From the human T2T-CHM13v2.0 reference genome, Homo sapiens: a stretch of 64,000 nt of DNA. This document shows, piece after piece, positions 15,114 through 26,500 of this stretch. The stretch is from NCBI RefSeq assembly GCF_009914755.1, contig NC_060929.1; one strand, written 5' to 3'. Made by a program: the position numbers and the translations under genes. Position 1 is the stretch's first letter; each line of letters begins with the position of its first letter. Under the pieces are notes generated by a model, which did no database searches, had not been told where the DNA came from, and was given only the letters and a program-made list of their open reading frames with translations.

Positions 15114-15355
15114 CACTGCTCCCCATTACCTCACCTCCCCTGCCCTCCAGTGGGAGTGTGCAGGGTCATGGAAGGAGGTTTTGTCATTGGTACTGTTTTG
15201 TTTTAAAGAGGGGAGAAATTGGGCCGCTTAAATAATGATGAGAAAAAGTCAGGTGGAAGAAAAATTTTGAAACAGTAGATCAAGTAAGGCCTGAGAAGAG
15301 GCAAGGAGGGGTAGAACCCTGAGTTCAATAGTCCTTCATTTTGTACTTATGCAAA

Positions 15356-15382
15356 ACACACACACACACACACACACACACA
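15356..15382. repeat. (CA)n microsatellite
   Basis: Uninterrupted CA run. Confidence 0.95.
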
Positions 15383-16281
15383 AATAACACACAGATATGT
15401 ATCTATTCTAATACCTTTCTATGGGCCTTCTAAACCTCTTTTGAAATAGTTGTTTGTAGTGAGCTCCATGTGGGGAGGAATTATGTGTATCTTATTCATT
15501 ATTGTATTTATCATGCCTATAATATATGCTTAGTAAATGTGCAGTTAGGCATATCAGGTGATTGTAAATATTTACATAATGCACGTCGTAGGAAGGAGAA
15601 CATAGTACAAGGACTACAGTCTATAGCATGGTATTTCAATGCCCAAATGTGTCTCACACTTAGCAGTCGCTCAACGAAATCCTTTCCAACTCAAACCTTG
15701 GGGCTCTATCAAGAGGCAGCATGGTTTAGTGCATAGTCAGTCTACTCTCTCGGACCCAGCAGGCCTGAGTTGAATACCATACACTACCACTTTCTAAGAG
15801 CAGTGGGTCTCAACCAGATTGTTCCACTTCTCCAATCCCCAGTTTCCTGATCACAGAAGACAGGAGGAAAATAGGCCTAAGGGAGGGGTGACTCCATGGA
15901 GCAAAAAGCCTTCTAAGGGTTGTCAGGAAACAAAAAATTTGAACCATGAGCTGTACATCTTAGCACCCAAAGATTTTCAGAATTCAGGAAAGCAAAATCT
16001 AACAGAGCCTTGTCAAATAGAGATTTTTAGAAACCAAGGCAGGTTATATATTATATATTATGTATATATATGAAATGATTTTGGATTAACATTGAAATTG
16101 CACATAAACTGTTGTAAAATTTGTTCTCTTAAATGCTTCTCTAATAGACTGATGGTCCCAGCTCCAACTAATATCACACAGCTAGTAAGCAACAAATCTA
16201 GGGCTCAAATCCAGATCTAACATTCAAACTAAATCCCAAAGCCTTCCTACAAATCTGCAATTCATCAAAAAAAGTATCTGG

Positions 16282-16579
16282 GGCCATGCGCGGTGGCTCG
16301 AGCCTGTAATCCCAGCACTCTGGGAGGCTGAGGTTGGCAGATCAAGAGGTCAGGAGATAGAGAACATCCTGGTTAACACGGTGAAACCCCGTCTCTACTA
16401 AAAAAATACAAAAAGTTAGCCGGGCATGGTGGCACACGCCTGTAGTCCCAGCTACTCTGGAGGCTGAGGCAGGAGAATGCTTGAACCCAGGAGGCAGAGG
16501 TTGCAGTGAGCGGAGATCACACCACTGCACTCCAGCCTGGGTGACAGAGCAAGACTCCGTCTCAAAACAGAAAAAAAAA
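16282..16579 (+). mobile_element. Alu (Sc/Y-like)
   Basis: Full dimer with GAGGTCAGGAGAT...CATCCTGGTTAACACGGTGAAACCCC and an A tail. Confidence 0.95.
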
Positions 16580-17419
16580 GATATCAATAGGTAACAAATA
16601 TGTGAAGTGGTGCTCAATATCATTGATTATCAGGAAAATGCAAAGTAAATCCTCAGGAGATACCATCACACCATCACAGAATGGCTAAAACTACTGAAGA
16701 AAGTTAGAGAAAATAGGGATCAGCCTGAACTATGAAGAATATATCTAAAAGAATCCTTTGTAGAAATGTAACTCCATTTAGATTATAAGGCATCTCTTTC
16801 TCCAAATGATTCACTAATAGCTTGTGAGTAGAATTACCAATCTTTGTTTCTGATGTAAAATTTCTAGTCTGAAGTACTATTTAATTTATCAGAGTTGATT
16901 AAGTGAAAAAGCTTCCCTTTTAGAGCTAGTATGCTAAACTTACATCATTCACCAAGCACAGAAAGAATACCTACCCTGGGCTTGCTTTAGATAAGTGGCT
17001 GTCAAAGTGTGACCCCTGTACCGGCACATAGATCCTACGCACATAGATCCTACTCAACTCAGTTCATGTTGGGTGTTTCTGAGGCATTAGGAAGCCCAGG
17101 GTTGGAGGCCTTTTGAGTATCTAAATCCCTTCTCCATAAGGTAGACTTTCCCATTGTGGTACAGTGCTACTGATCCTGGGACCTCTTTACATCAGTGGTT
17201 ATGAACCCTATTTGCACATTAGAATTTCCTAGGAGTCACCTAAAAACTAGGAGTCTCTAGCCCCACCCACAAAGATTCTAATTTAATTGCTGTAGGACAG
17301 GCCTCAGGCATCTGGAATGTTAATAGGATGAGAGTGATGAAAACTACTGCCTCATACAGTGCTCATGGAAGTATCCATTGGGATAAATACCTCGGAAACT
17401 GTTTTCCAGTAACCATGAA

Positions 17420-17870
17420 CTAAACAAATGGAGATCCTATGATTCTACCCCCAGGCACACAACTAAAGTAGTGCATGCATATATGCACAAAAAGTCATGT
17501 ACAAGAATGTTCAGAGCAGTATTATTTGACCTAGCATCAAATGGAAACAACCCAAATGGCCAACAGTGAATGGCTAAATAAATGGTGGTATATTCATATG
17601 CTGGCATACTATACATCAATGAGAATAATGTGCTAATGCTACACACACAAGTTGAGGAATTTCAAAAACATAATACTGAACAAAATAAGACAGACACAAA
17701 AAGGTACATGTGTTTGATTTTATTTTTGTAAAAAAAAATCCATAATGATAGAAGTCAGAATACTGGTTATTACAGGGAATGGTAATAACTGCAAGGGGCC
17801 AAAAAAGGGAACCTCGGGGGTGCTGGCAATGTTGTTTCTCAATCTGAATGAGCTTTACACAGGAGCGTTG
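17420..17870 (+). mobile_element. Old L1M 3' fragment
   Basis: ATGTACAAGAATGTTCAGAGCAGTATTATT...GGAAACAACCCAAATGGCCAACAG...ACAAAATAAGACAGACACAAAAAGGTACATG. Confidence 0.75.
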
Positions 17871-20227
17871 ATGTATGTTGGTGCCTCTGAGTCAGAGATT
17901 ACCAGGAACACACCTGTAGAGAACAGTTACTTTTCTTACTTGCTGCAGCAAGAGAGATCAACACTATGGTAAATTGTGGTATGTCTCCGAAGAGAAGAAT
18001 TAGTCAAGCCGTGTTCTTAATGTTTTTGATGTTGAAATTAACCACAGGACAGGACAGGCAGGGAATGGTCTGAATTTGTAAACTGGGGAGTGTCTGGAAC
18101 AGTCAGGCATCTTATCTTTAGAACACAGGATCCCTTTGGAGTCACTGTTGGGTCAGTTTACCCCATTGTCTTGAAATACACAGATCTGAATAGGCTGCAG
18201 TTCAAGGAGTTTGAATCTAGTCTACAACACACCGGATGGTTTGGTTTGGTTTGGTTTGGCCCAACTTTTCTACTTTTGCAAGTTATAGTGTAACCTCTTT
18301 TGAAAAGTTGATTTTCTGTTTCAATTCTCCATTCTTCTTCCTTCAGAGTTCTTCTGCCAGTAGGGCAAATTTTATCTTTATTAGTACGTATTTGTAGACT
18401 ATGTATTAATATATATACATTTTATTGAATTTTACACTTAAGATACATGCACTTTCTTGACCTATATTATACTTGAATTAAAATTCGATAAAACCAAAAA
18501 AAGAAATAAATTTCCTCATTTCTACTCTGCTTCTCTTCTCTTTATGTTCCATGGTTGTTAGTCCATCTTCCCCACTGTAATGTAATTCCTTTTCAGTCCT
18601 GTGATCAGGCTGGATACTTTCCAAGTCCTCCTTGGGAATGTGGCCGCCTCTGAGCCTACACATCTTTCCTGAGAAACAAGCTCTCCTTTCCTCTCTAAGA
18701 CCTATTCTCTCCTCTTCCCACAGGACACCCTCTGGTTGTGCTAGGATTTCTCACAACCCCTTACCACGGCCTCTCTCAGAGGAAGGGAAGAAGGAACACA
18801 CATTCCACCTTAGGTTAGCATTATACTTATCTGTTCTATTTTCCTCTTAAGTTCCATATATTTCAAAATGATGTTGTTAATGTGGCTGTGCTGTTTATTT
18901 CAGAAACTTTCCAGCTCAGATTTTACCATCTGGGCTTCTCCGACTATGAGAGATAGATATGCACATACCCAACACCCACATACGTCTTAACACCTTTTCA
19001 CAACATCATAATATCTTCTGTGAGTGCTACCCAGGTACACATGATCTCCTGTTTTATTACGATATCCGAAACCAGGAGGCTCTTTCTCTCTATGATATCT
19101 CAGAATGCACTTTTTGTTACGTGGGGCCAAAAAAGAAGAGAAGAAAGCAGATTTTTTTTCTATCAGGAAATTTATTTCTTTCTTTCTTCATTCTTTTCTT
19201 TAATTGTAGATACACTGATGTAACATATTTCCCGGTAGAAAGAAAAGTTCTTATAATTTACTTAGCAGTGGTTATAAAGCTAATAGGAGAAGCCCCTTGT
19301 GAGGATTTGTAAGACTACTTTGCTGACACCTACTGGATAGGCTCTTTTACACGAACTATAAACTGCAAGTAAGGCAACAAAGATTCCCTACTCTAATTGG
19401 GATGCACAAAATATTTTTTAAATAATAAAATAAATAAAATTATTTTTATTCTTTGTGTAATCCAAATAGATTGATCTTCTTTTTTTTTGTTTTGTTTTTC
19501 TTTTGTTCTTTCTTTCTTTTTTAATTTTTTTCTTGGACAGGAAATGTATAAAGGCCAAAACATTTCACATTTTTCAGCTTGGAAAGAAGTTCCTCTTTTC
19601 TTTAATATGGTAATGAATGGAGAAAATCTATTTATACTTAACAGGCTGTACCTAAATTGTCATATTCCTGCTGATAGATCTCCCAGCTTAAAAAAAAAAA
19701 GATGAGATTTTAAAAATATTATGTAAATTAAACAGCTGGTTTCTACTGAGAAGTTAATGTGCTCTCTTCAGTCATTAAGTAAGGCCCTTTTATTCCCAAC
19801 CAGACACTTATGAGCATCAGGAATTCCAAAACAAACAAGAGATTTATTTAACAGTTAACTAGAGCTAACAAAGTTCTAGTTCTTAGAGCTGTAAATTTAA
19901 ACCCTGTAATACAATTTACAACTACAGTGGAGCTTAAGATTTGCCTGATTCAAAATTTTCATTTTTAAGTTAAGAAATAGAAAGGTCTAAGATGAGAATG
20001 ACATAAGATGTTAGAGTTAAGCCTGGAACCTAGAACATGAATCTCAGGCCAGTGCTTTTCACACACTTTTTAATATATCATTGGCCCATAAATGCTGACT
20101 TATTTATCCCTTTATAGCAAACTTTTGCATACATATGGATTAAGAGAATTTCCTACTTCAACTCATTGGCTTATCAGATGCTAACTAACAACAGGGCATT
20201 TGATCTGGTGAAAAATATGGGGGAAAA

Positions 20228-20853
20228 TGTATTAGTTATCTATTGATACATAAGCAAAAACCACAAACTTAGCAGTTTAAAACACCACCTATTTATTATC
20301 TAAGGGTTCTGTAGATAGTCCTGTAATTCCTGTGTGTCAGGAGTCTAAACATGGCTTAGCTGAGGCCTCTGCCTTAGGGTCCCAAACAGCTAAAATCAAG
20401 GTGTTGCCTGGGTCTGTGTTCTCATCAGAGGCTGAACTGGGTAGGACCTGCTTCAAAGCTCTGTCGGATTGTTGGCAGAGTTCATTCCCTTGTCACTGTG
20501 GAAACAAGGGCCTCATTTTCCTGCTGTTTGTAGGACAGGGACTGCCCTCAGCAACTAGTGATTGCCTAGAATTCCTTGCAATGTGAGCTTCCCCAACCAG
20601 GCTGCTCAATTCATGGAAGCTTGCTTGTTCAAAGCCAACAAGGAAGAAAGAGATCCCAGCTAAGCAGTGCTGAAATTTTATGTAATATATATAATCATAG
20701 AACCACATACATAAAAATCACATAGATTTTTTCCATATTCTATTGGCTAGAAGCAAGTTACAGACCACACCCACACTTGAGGGAAGGGGATCACTTGTGA
20801 GACTGAACACCAGGAGGTGGGGATCTTGGGAGCCACTCTCAAGTCTGTCTGCA
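20228..20853 (-). mobile_element. MLT1-family MaLR LTR
   Basis: Starts TGTATTAGTTATCTATTG...CCACAAACTTAGCAGTTTAAAACA; contains CCATATTCTATTGGCTAGAAGCAAGTTAC. Confidence 0.8.
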
Positions 20854-21003
20854 CAAAAGAGATCCAAAAATACCAGACTCCCACTCATATTCAGCTTGCA
20901 TTTAAAAAATATGACAGTGCCCACATATATAATTTTGCTTGGAAAATGCTAACTGGTGTATATTTAATTTAACCCGACAACACCTAAGTGCAGCCGGTGC
21001 CCT

Positions 21004-21226
21004 AACACATGGACACAGGAAGGGGAACATCACACACCGGGGCCTGTTGTGGGGTGGGGGGAGCGGGGAGGGATGGTATTAGGAGATATACCTAATGTTA
21101 AATGAAGAGTTAATGGGTGCAGCACACCAACACGGCACATGTATACATATGTAACAAACCTGCACATTGTGCACATGTACCCTAAAACTTAAAGTATAAT
21201 AAAAAAAATAAAATTAAAAAAAAAAA
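21004..21226 (+). mobile_element. 5'-truncated primate L1PA 3' end
   Basis: ACACATGGACACAGGAAGGGGAACATCACAC, G-rich tract, CCCTAAAACTTAAAGTATAATAAA and poly(A). Confidence 0.95.
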
Positions 21227-22443
21227 GAAATAGCTCCAAGGAAGAGCCCTGAGAATGGAGGCAACCACTGCCCATTCGCCATCACAAACTGCAGGACCCC
21301 ACACTTCTTTTGGCATGTTCACACACTCCCACCACTCAGAAGAGTGTGCATGCCCTTCAGGAAGAGAAGGGAAATGTGGCAGAGGAAAGCTAGTTTCAAG
21401 AAGCTACAAAATAGGTAACATGAATAACATAAGCCCATGTGCATGAGCATTACAGACACATAACTATTTAAAGTTTTAAAACTAATTCTTCCACGGGGAG
21501 TATGGCCAGAATATTTACTGCCGATAGTATGCCACATGTTTTGAACACCTATTTCAATTGTCTTGATTACATTTTAAAATAACACCCATTTGAGAAACTT
21601 CTACCATGAGCCAGGCAGTTATAATCTTATCAACTTATTTGTCCTCCATTCATTTTTTAAATTCATGGACCTGGATTTGAATAGCACTATAAATAGTGCT
21701 AGAACAGACATAGAGAATACTTTACTAACATGAGCAAGCTATGCTAAACTGTTTCCTATACTGTTTCCTACATTTATAAAGAATTTGGCAATGATGGATA
21801 CATGAGAGGAATTTTGAGGCTTTGAAGATGAGTTACATCTACTTGAGCATTGACTCATCAATGTGAACACACTGCCAGATTGATAATGATATTCAAGAAG
21901 TCTCATTTAATCTTTAAAATAACCTTGCAAGTCACAGTATTACTCTCACTTTGTGGATGAGGAAACTGATGCTTAGAAGTTAGGCAACAAGCCCAAGGTC
22001 AAGCAGATTATTATCAAGCAGAATAAATAAGAGTATTCTGACTTGATATCTACTGCTATTTCCATCATGGAATACTTAATTAATGTTCTTATTTTAAATT
22101 AATTTCTTATGCCTTAAAATATGTGCAGGAAAGTCTCTGCTCCCATCTTATTTCCTAAAGATGGCCAAGAAAACCTATATACTTGTCGATTTTAAGTTGA
22201 TTTGAAGTGGGTAAAGAAATGGATATATGTAAAACAAAAAGTTCTTGGTTATCCAAATGCTGCCATGACAGTGGTCTTCAGAGAAGGGCAAGCTAAAGTT
22301 GGGCTTATGGCTCTTGGGATCCCCTGATACCTTAGGGGCTATAAGAACCCAACTAGGGAGTCACCTAAGATGTTACTAGGCCCCCTTCACACCCCTACAG
22401 CTGGCTGCAGCTCCATGCTAGGTGCTCTGCATTTGAGCAGACC

Positions 22444-23143
22444 ATGGCTAGGTCCCCATGCAACCCAGGATCCTGGTGGCCATCCTGGTCCTGGCCATGG
22501 CCATGAGCCCCTCAGGCACTGCAGGACCCAGCAATCCACTGTGCTTGCCAAAGAGGACCCTGCGCTCAGCAAGTACAAGAAAGTGAGCAATGACACATAG
22601 GACAGCCACACTGCAGGTGGTGCATGCCCACAAGCAGATCACATCTGGGCAAACTACCTTCTGGAAGAGCAGATCAGCCAAACCACATGTGCCAAATCCA
22701 TAACCAACCACATCTGAAGAGGAAAGCCCTCTGCCCTTTCCAGATCCACACTGTTTCCTGGGGGTCCACGATCCTCACGTCAAAATCCAGCGGCCAGAAT
22801 GCAAGAGTACTTTGTGACACAAGGAGCTGCACTGACCACCTCTTACTTGTAGTCCCGCATCCCTGGTAGAGCACCCCTACTCCTTTGGGCATTGGCTTCT
22901 AACCCTTAGATCTGTGACCCCCACACCCCCCATTGCTGGAAGTCTCTCCAGTGTGCCGACACGCAGCAACAGATGGAGAAAACTTCTCTGGGCATTTTTT
23001 TTTTTTAACAACTAAGTGGCTCTAACCTTGTTCCTTTCTTTTCTTTGCTTTTCAAATACACTCATGTCTATGCCCATGTTCAGCTCCCATTTTACTCAAT
23101 AGGAAAGTAACATCAGCCAAAATCAAAAACAAAAACAAAACAA
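22444..23143 (+). pseudogene. Processed (retro) pseudogene of cystatin C (CST3-like type 2 cystatin)
   Basis: Across frameshifts it reads gaccATGG, ILVAILVLAMAMSP, LSKYKKVSNDT*, LQVVHAHKQITSG, NYLLEEQISQTTCAKS, HNQPHLKRKALCPFQIHTVSWGSTILTSKSSGQNA. This is collinear with CST3 (LLAILAVALAVSP / VGEYNKASNDMY / LQVVRARKQIVAG / NYFLDVELGRTTCTKT / HDQPHLKRKAFCSFQIYAVPWQGTMTLSKSTCQDA). No introns; UTR-like sequence ends in CAATAGGAAAGTAACATC and an A-rich tail. Confidence 0.9.
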
Positions 23144-23503
23144 GAAGTTTGGGTGGAAGGAAGAAAGGAACTGTGAACTTTCCTGACAGGAAGGGCAGTG
23201 TAGCAAATCATGCAAAGACCAGTCCTCTATTGGTTCTGGGTGTGTGTAGGGCAGTTTAACTTAAAAAACAAAAAACAAAAAACAAACTCTTACAATCAGT
23301 TGAGAAATTATGAATTATTTAAGAAACCATCTTCAGAAATTGGCCACTTTAAAAAAATGGATTCAAAAGATACCACTACTTAACCCCAGAACAAATTCTT
23401 ATCACATTAAATATAATTGCAAAAACATAAAAATATTATACACTTGTACTGGGAAAGGGCTTTCTTAGCATAGCCCTTGGGTTAAACACACACGAGTGCA
23501 TGT

Positions 23504-23506
<3 letters not shown>

Positions 23507-23538
<32 letters not shown>
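23507..23538. repeat. (CA)n microsatellite
   Basis: Uninterrupted CA run. Confidence 0.95.
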
Positions 23539-23540
<2 letters not shown>

Positions 23541-26500
23541 TGACAGCTGTAGAAGTACTCCACTGTTCTTTCTTGCCAGCATCCATTCCCCACTTTGTTT
23601 GGCAAAAGAATATTTCTGATGCTTCTGTGAACCACCCCTTCCTGTTGCTCATGCCTTGTGACTCACCACGTTTCCCACTCTCCAGATTTACATCATAACC
23701 ATGTCCTGACCCATCAGAGTCACATCCTTCAGGCCATTTCATATACATTGGATGGGACCTGAGCCAGGCCAAGCAAAGCCCTCCAAGGGCCTTGCTGGGA
23801 TTCCCAGGAAAAGGACACTCTCCCTTCAGGGTCTTGGAACCTAAGGACCTTGCAAGTCTAAATCTGTTGAAGGTATGAAGAAGGAGGATGAGAAGGAGGG
23901 AAGAGTTGGAGAGAGGAAGGAGAATGGGGGAAAGACAAGGAAGGAAATGAAACATGAGGGAGAAAATGGAAAAGAAGACAGTGATTAAGAATACTCCTTC
24001 TGCAAGTTATCTTTAAAATAAATTGTTTTAGCTTTAGGATGCTCTTTGAGCCCCAGATTACTTTGAGTTATGGAATGGAAGGGAGTCACCAATTTTCAAG
24101 ATTTGAATTCCTTTAAATAACTACATTCAATCTTGCTGTTTTGGGAAGTGCCTCAAAATTAAGACAGAAAAAATGATCTACTAATGGGAATGAAACATAC
24201 TTTCATTAAGAAAGGAAGCCGTGAGTGTGTGTGTTTTCTATTTTGTTGTATTCCATACAGGAATCTAGCTAAGAATGATCTTTGTTTTCCTCTATCACTC
24301 TCCAATGAAATTCATGGATTTTAAAGGAACCTAAAGGATAATGAGAAAGATGTGATTTATTATTATTCAGAAAATGTTAATGATCAAAGAAACCAAGAGC
24401 TTATGTTAGCATAAAATACTTAATGTCACATTCTGTATTTACCAAAATGAATGCACAATTATGTCAACTAATTTATACTTAATCCATTGTTGGAATAATT
24501 TATTTATGAAAATTAACTTGAATAACATTGCAATCAGTGGGAGAACTGGGAAGGAGGAAAGCATAAATAAAATAAATAAATAATGAAGTGAAATAAGTAA
24601 GTGAAGAGAGACCATCCTTCACACTTAGAAACAAGTTAGGGCTGTGTGTTCTCTCCCTACATGGAAGATGGGTACAAATAATCTCTGCAAACTGAAATGT
24701 GAAATGTGAAATGGGCCAAACTCCTAGGTTTTAGGGAAAGACTTTATGCCAACCGATGACTGCCTTCAAACATGCTCTCTCCAGTGTCTTGTCCCTACTT
24801 TTGCCAATATTTCTGGAGAAGTTCATTGTTTTCTTGTCACTTTCAGACTCCAGTTAATTTCAGGTTCTATCACTTTCCAATCACATATTCACTACTCCTT
24901 ACATATCCAAGTAGAAAATGTCCTTTGGAGGAAGCCCTTGTCTCTCTTCTACCTCCCTCACTACTTCTTGAACAGTTGTTCAACATTGCCTGTAAGTGGA
25001 TGGGCAAATGAATTCTGGGATAAGGTTTTAGCAGTCATGTGCAATACAACAGAAGCCTCATTCTTCAACCAGCTTTATCTGCAAAGTTAAAACAATGCTG
25101 TATCTTCCTCTGTCTAACTTCTGAATCTATCAGTTGATTCAAACAGAAATCAGGCACGAAATATGTATATTAAGTGTTGCCTCCTGGAATCCCAATAATA
25201 ATTGGGATGCACTGTCAGTCATTAAAGTTATGATCTATTTCTATCTATACTTCAGAACTTTACCCCTGCCTTGATACAGGTCACACCCATCATCCATGTA
25301 CCTAGAGTAAAGAAAGGAGTGTGGTCCATTCTTCCTCTCTTCCACTCTTCTGTCCCCTATTCACTAGGCAATGACCTCCCTTCCTGACCTCTTGTGATGG
25401 CCCTACTCAGCTTTGCTTCCTCACAGCCCAGTGTTCCCTCAACCCAGCAAACTGCTGTCTAGGGTGGGCTCTTCCAAGATGGCCTGATCCCATCCACTCA
25501 CAGCAAAAGGCAGCATGGCAGCCAGACTCACAGACTCAAACCCTGGGTCTTTTGTTTACCATCTACATGACCTTGAGCAAGTCTCAGGGCCCCATATGTA
25601 AAATTGAAAAACCAAAATACCAATATTTTGTGGCTGCTCTAAGGATTAAATAACTTTAGATACATATAAGTGTATCCTATATTGTCTGGCACATAGTAAG
25701 TGTCAGGCAAGGAGTAAGATACCAGGATCCCCCTCTGGGAAGTACTCCCAATCTTTCCAGATGGTTCTCTTGGTGCCCCTCACTTTCCTGGGATGAGAAA
25801 CAGATCCTCACCGCCATCCCTAAGCTGACATCTCCCCTCTATTAGGGACTCTGCCCACGAACTCTCCTTAAGGATCTAGTCTTTTGGTTAAACGGGCTGG
25901 ATGAAAAATCAGATGAGCTTCAGAGGACCAGCTTAGCTATCTCTTAGCAAGTCCTGGGATGCGGGTGTCTGCCTACTATCTTTTTGATGTGAGATTCTAA
26001 TTGTCAACTTAAAAACAGCCAGTATTCCAGATAATAGTTAAGCAATTACCTATGGAAAGCTTTTACTATTTCCAGCAGAGTCTAGTTCATTAACTGAATA
26101 GCAGGAGGTCTCAATATGAGTCAGTCCTTGTTAAACCACATCTAATTAGGGTGCTAGAATTGGAACTACCAAGTTAACACAGGTAGCAAGTCTCTGTCTG
26201 CCTTTCTTGTTTCTCACATCTGCACATCTCTACACTCGTCCCCTCTGCTCTCAGTGAACGATTTGTAATGACTCAAACCTCACCATTTTACACCTTTTGG
26301 CCTGGCCTCCCTGTAGTTCCTCTGATTGAGATGCCCTTGCCTCCTTCTCTGAAACTTTGTCTGGGTTACCAGACAGCAAGTGGTCCCCAGAGCCCTTGCA
26401 CATCCTCCTGTTTCAGCCTTTGCACACAGTCGCCATGGGTTATTCCCATGTCTGTATCCCCTAGAAGACTGAGAGCCTCTCGGATGCAGAAGCCTCTTCC

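Noticed and set aside
14857-15231. 124-aa ORF with PSMTLHP repeats
   Set aside because: It is the translation of the 21-bp minisatellite unit, with no splice or promoter evidence.
21682-21701. 9-bp perfect hairpin TAGCACTAT-AA-ATAGTGCTA
   Set aside because: Short, AT-rich and plausible by chance in 64 kb.
22387-22611. Minus-strand ORF with a signal-peptide-like start (MWLSYVSLLTFLYLLSAG)
   Set aside because: It begins at GTG and is the antisense shadow of the cystatin retrocopy.
22367-23149. Possible TSD of the retrocopy, AAGATGTT (22367) vs AAGAAGTT (~23142)
   Set aside because: Too short and mismatched to distinguish from chance, so it was not used as evidence.
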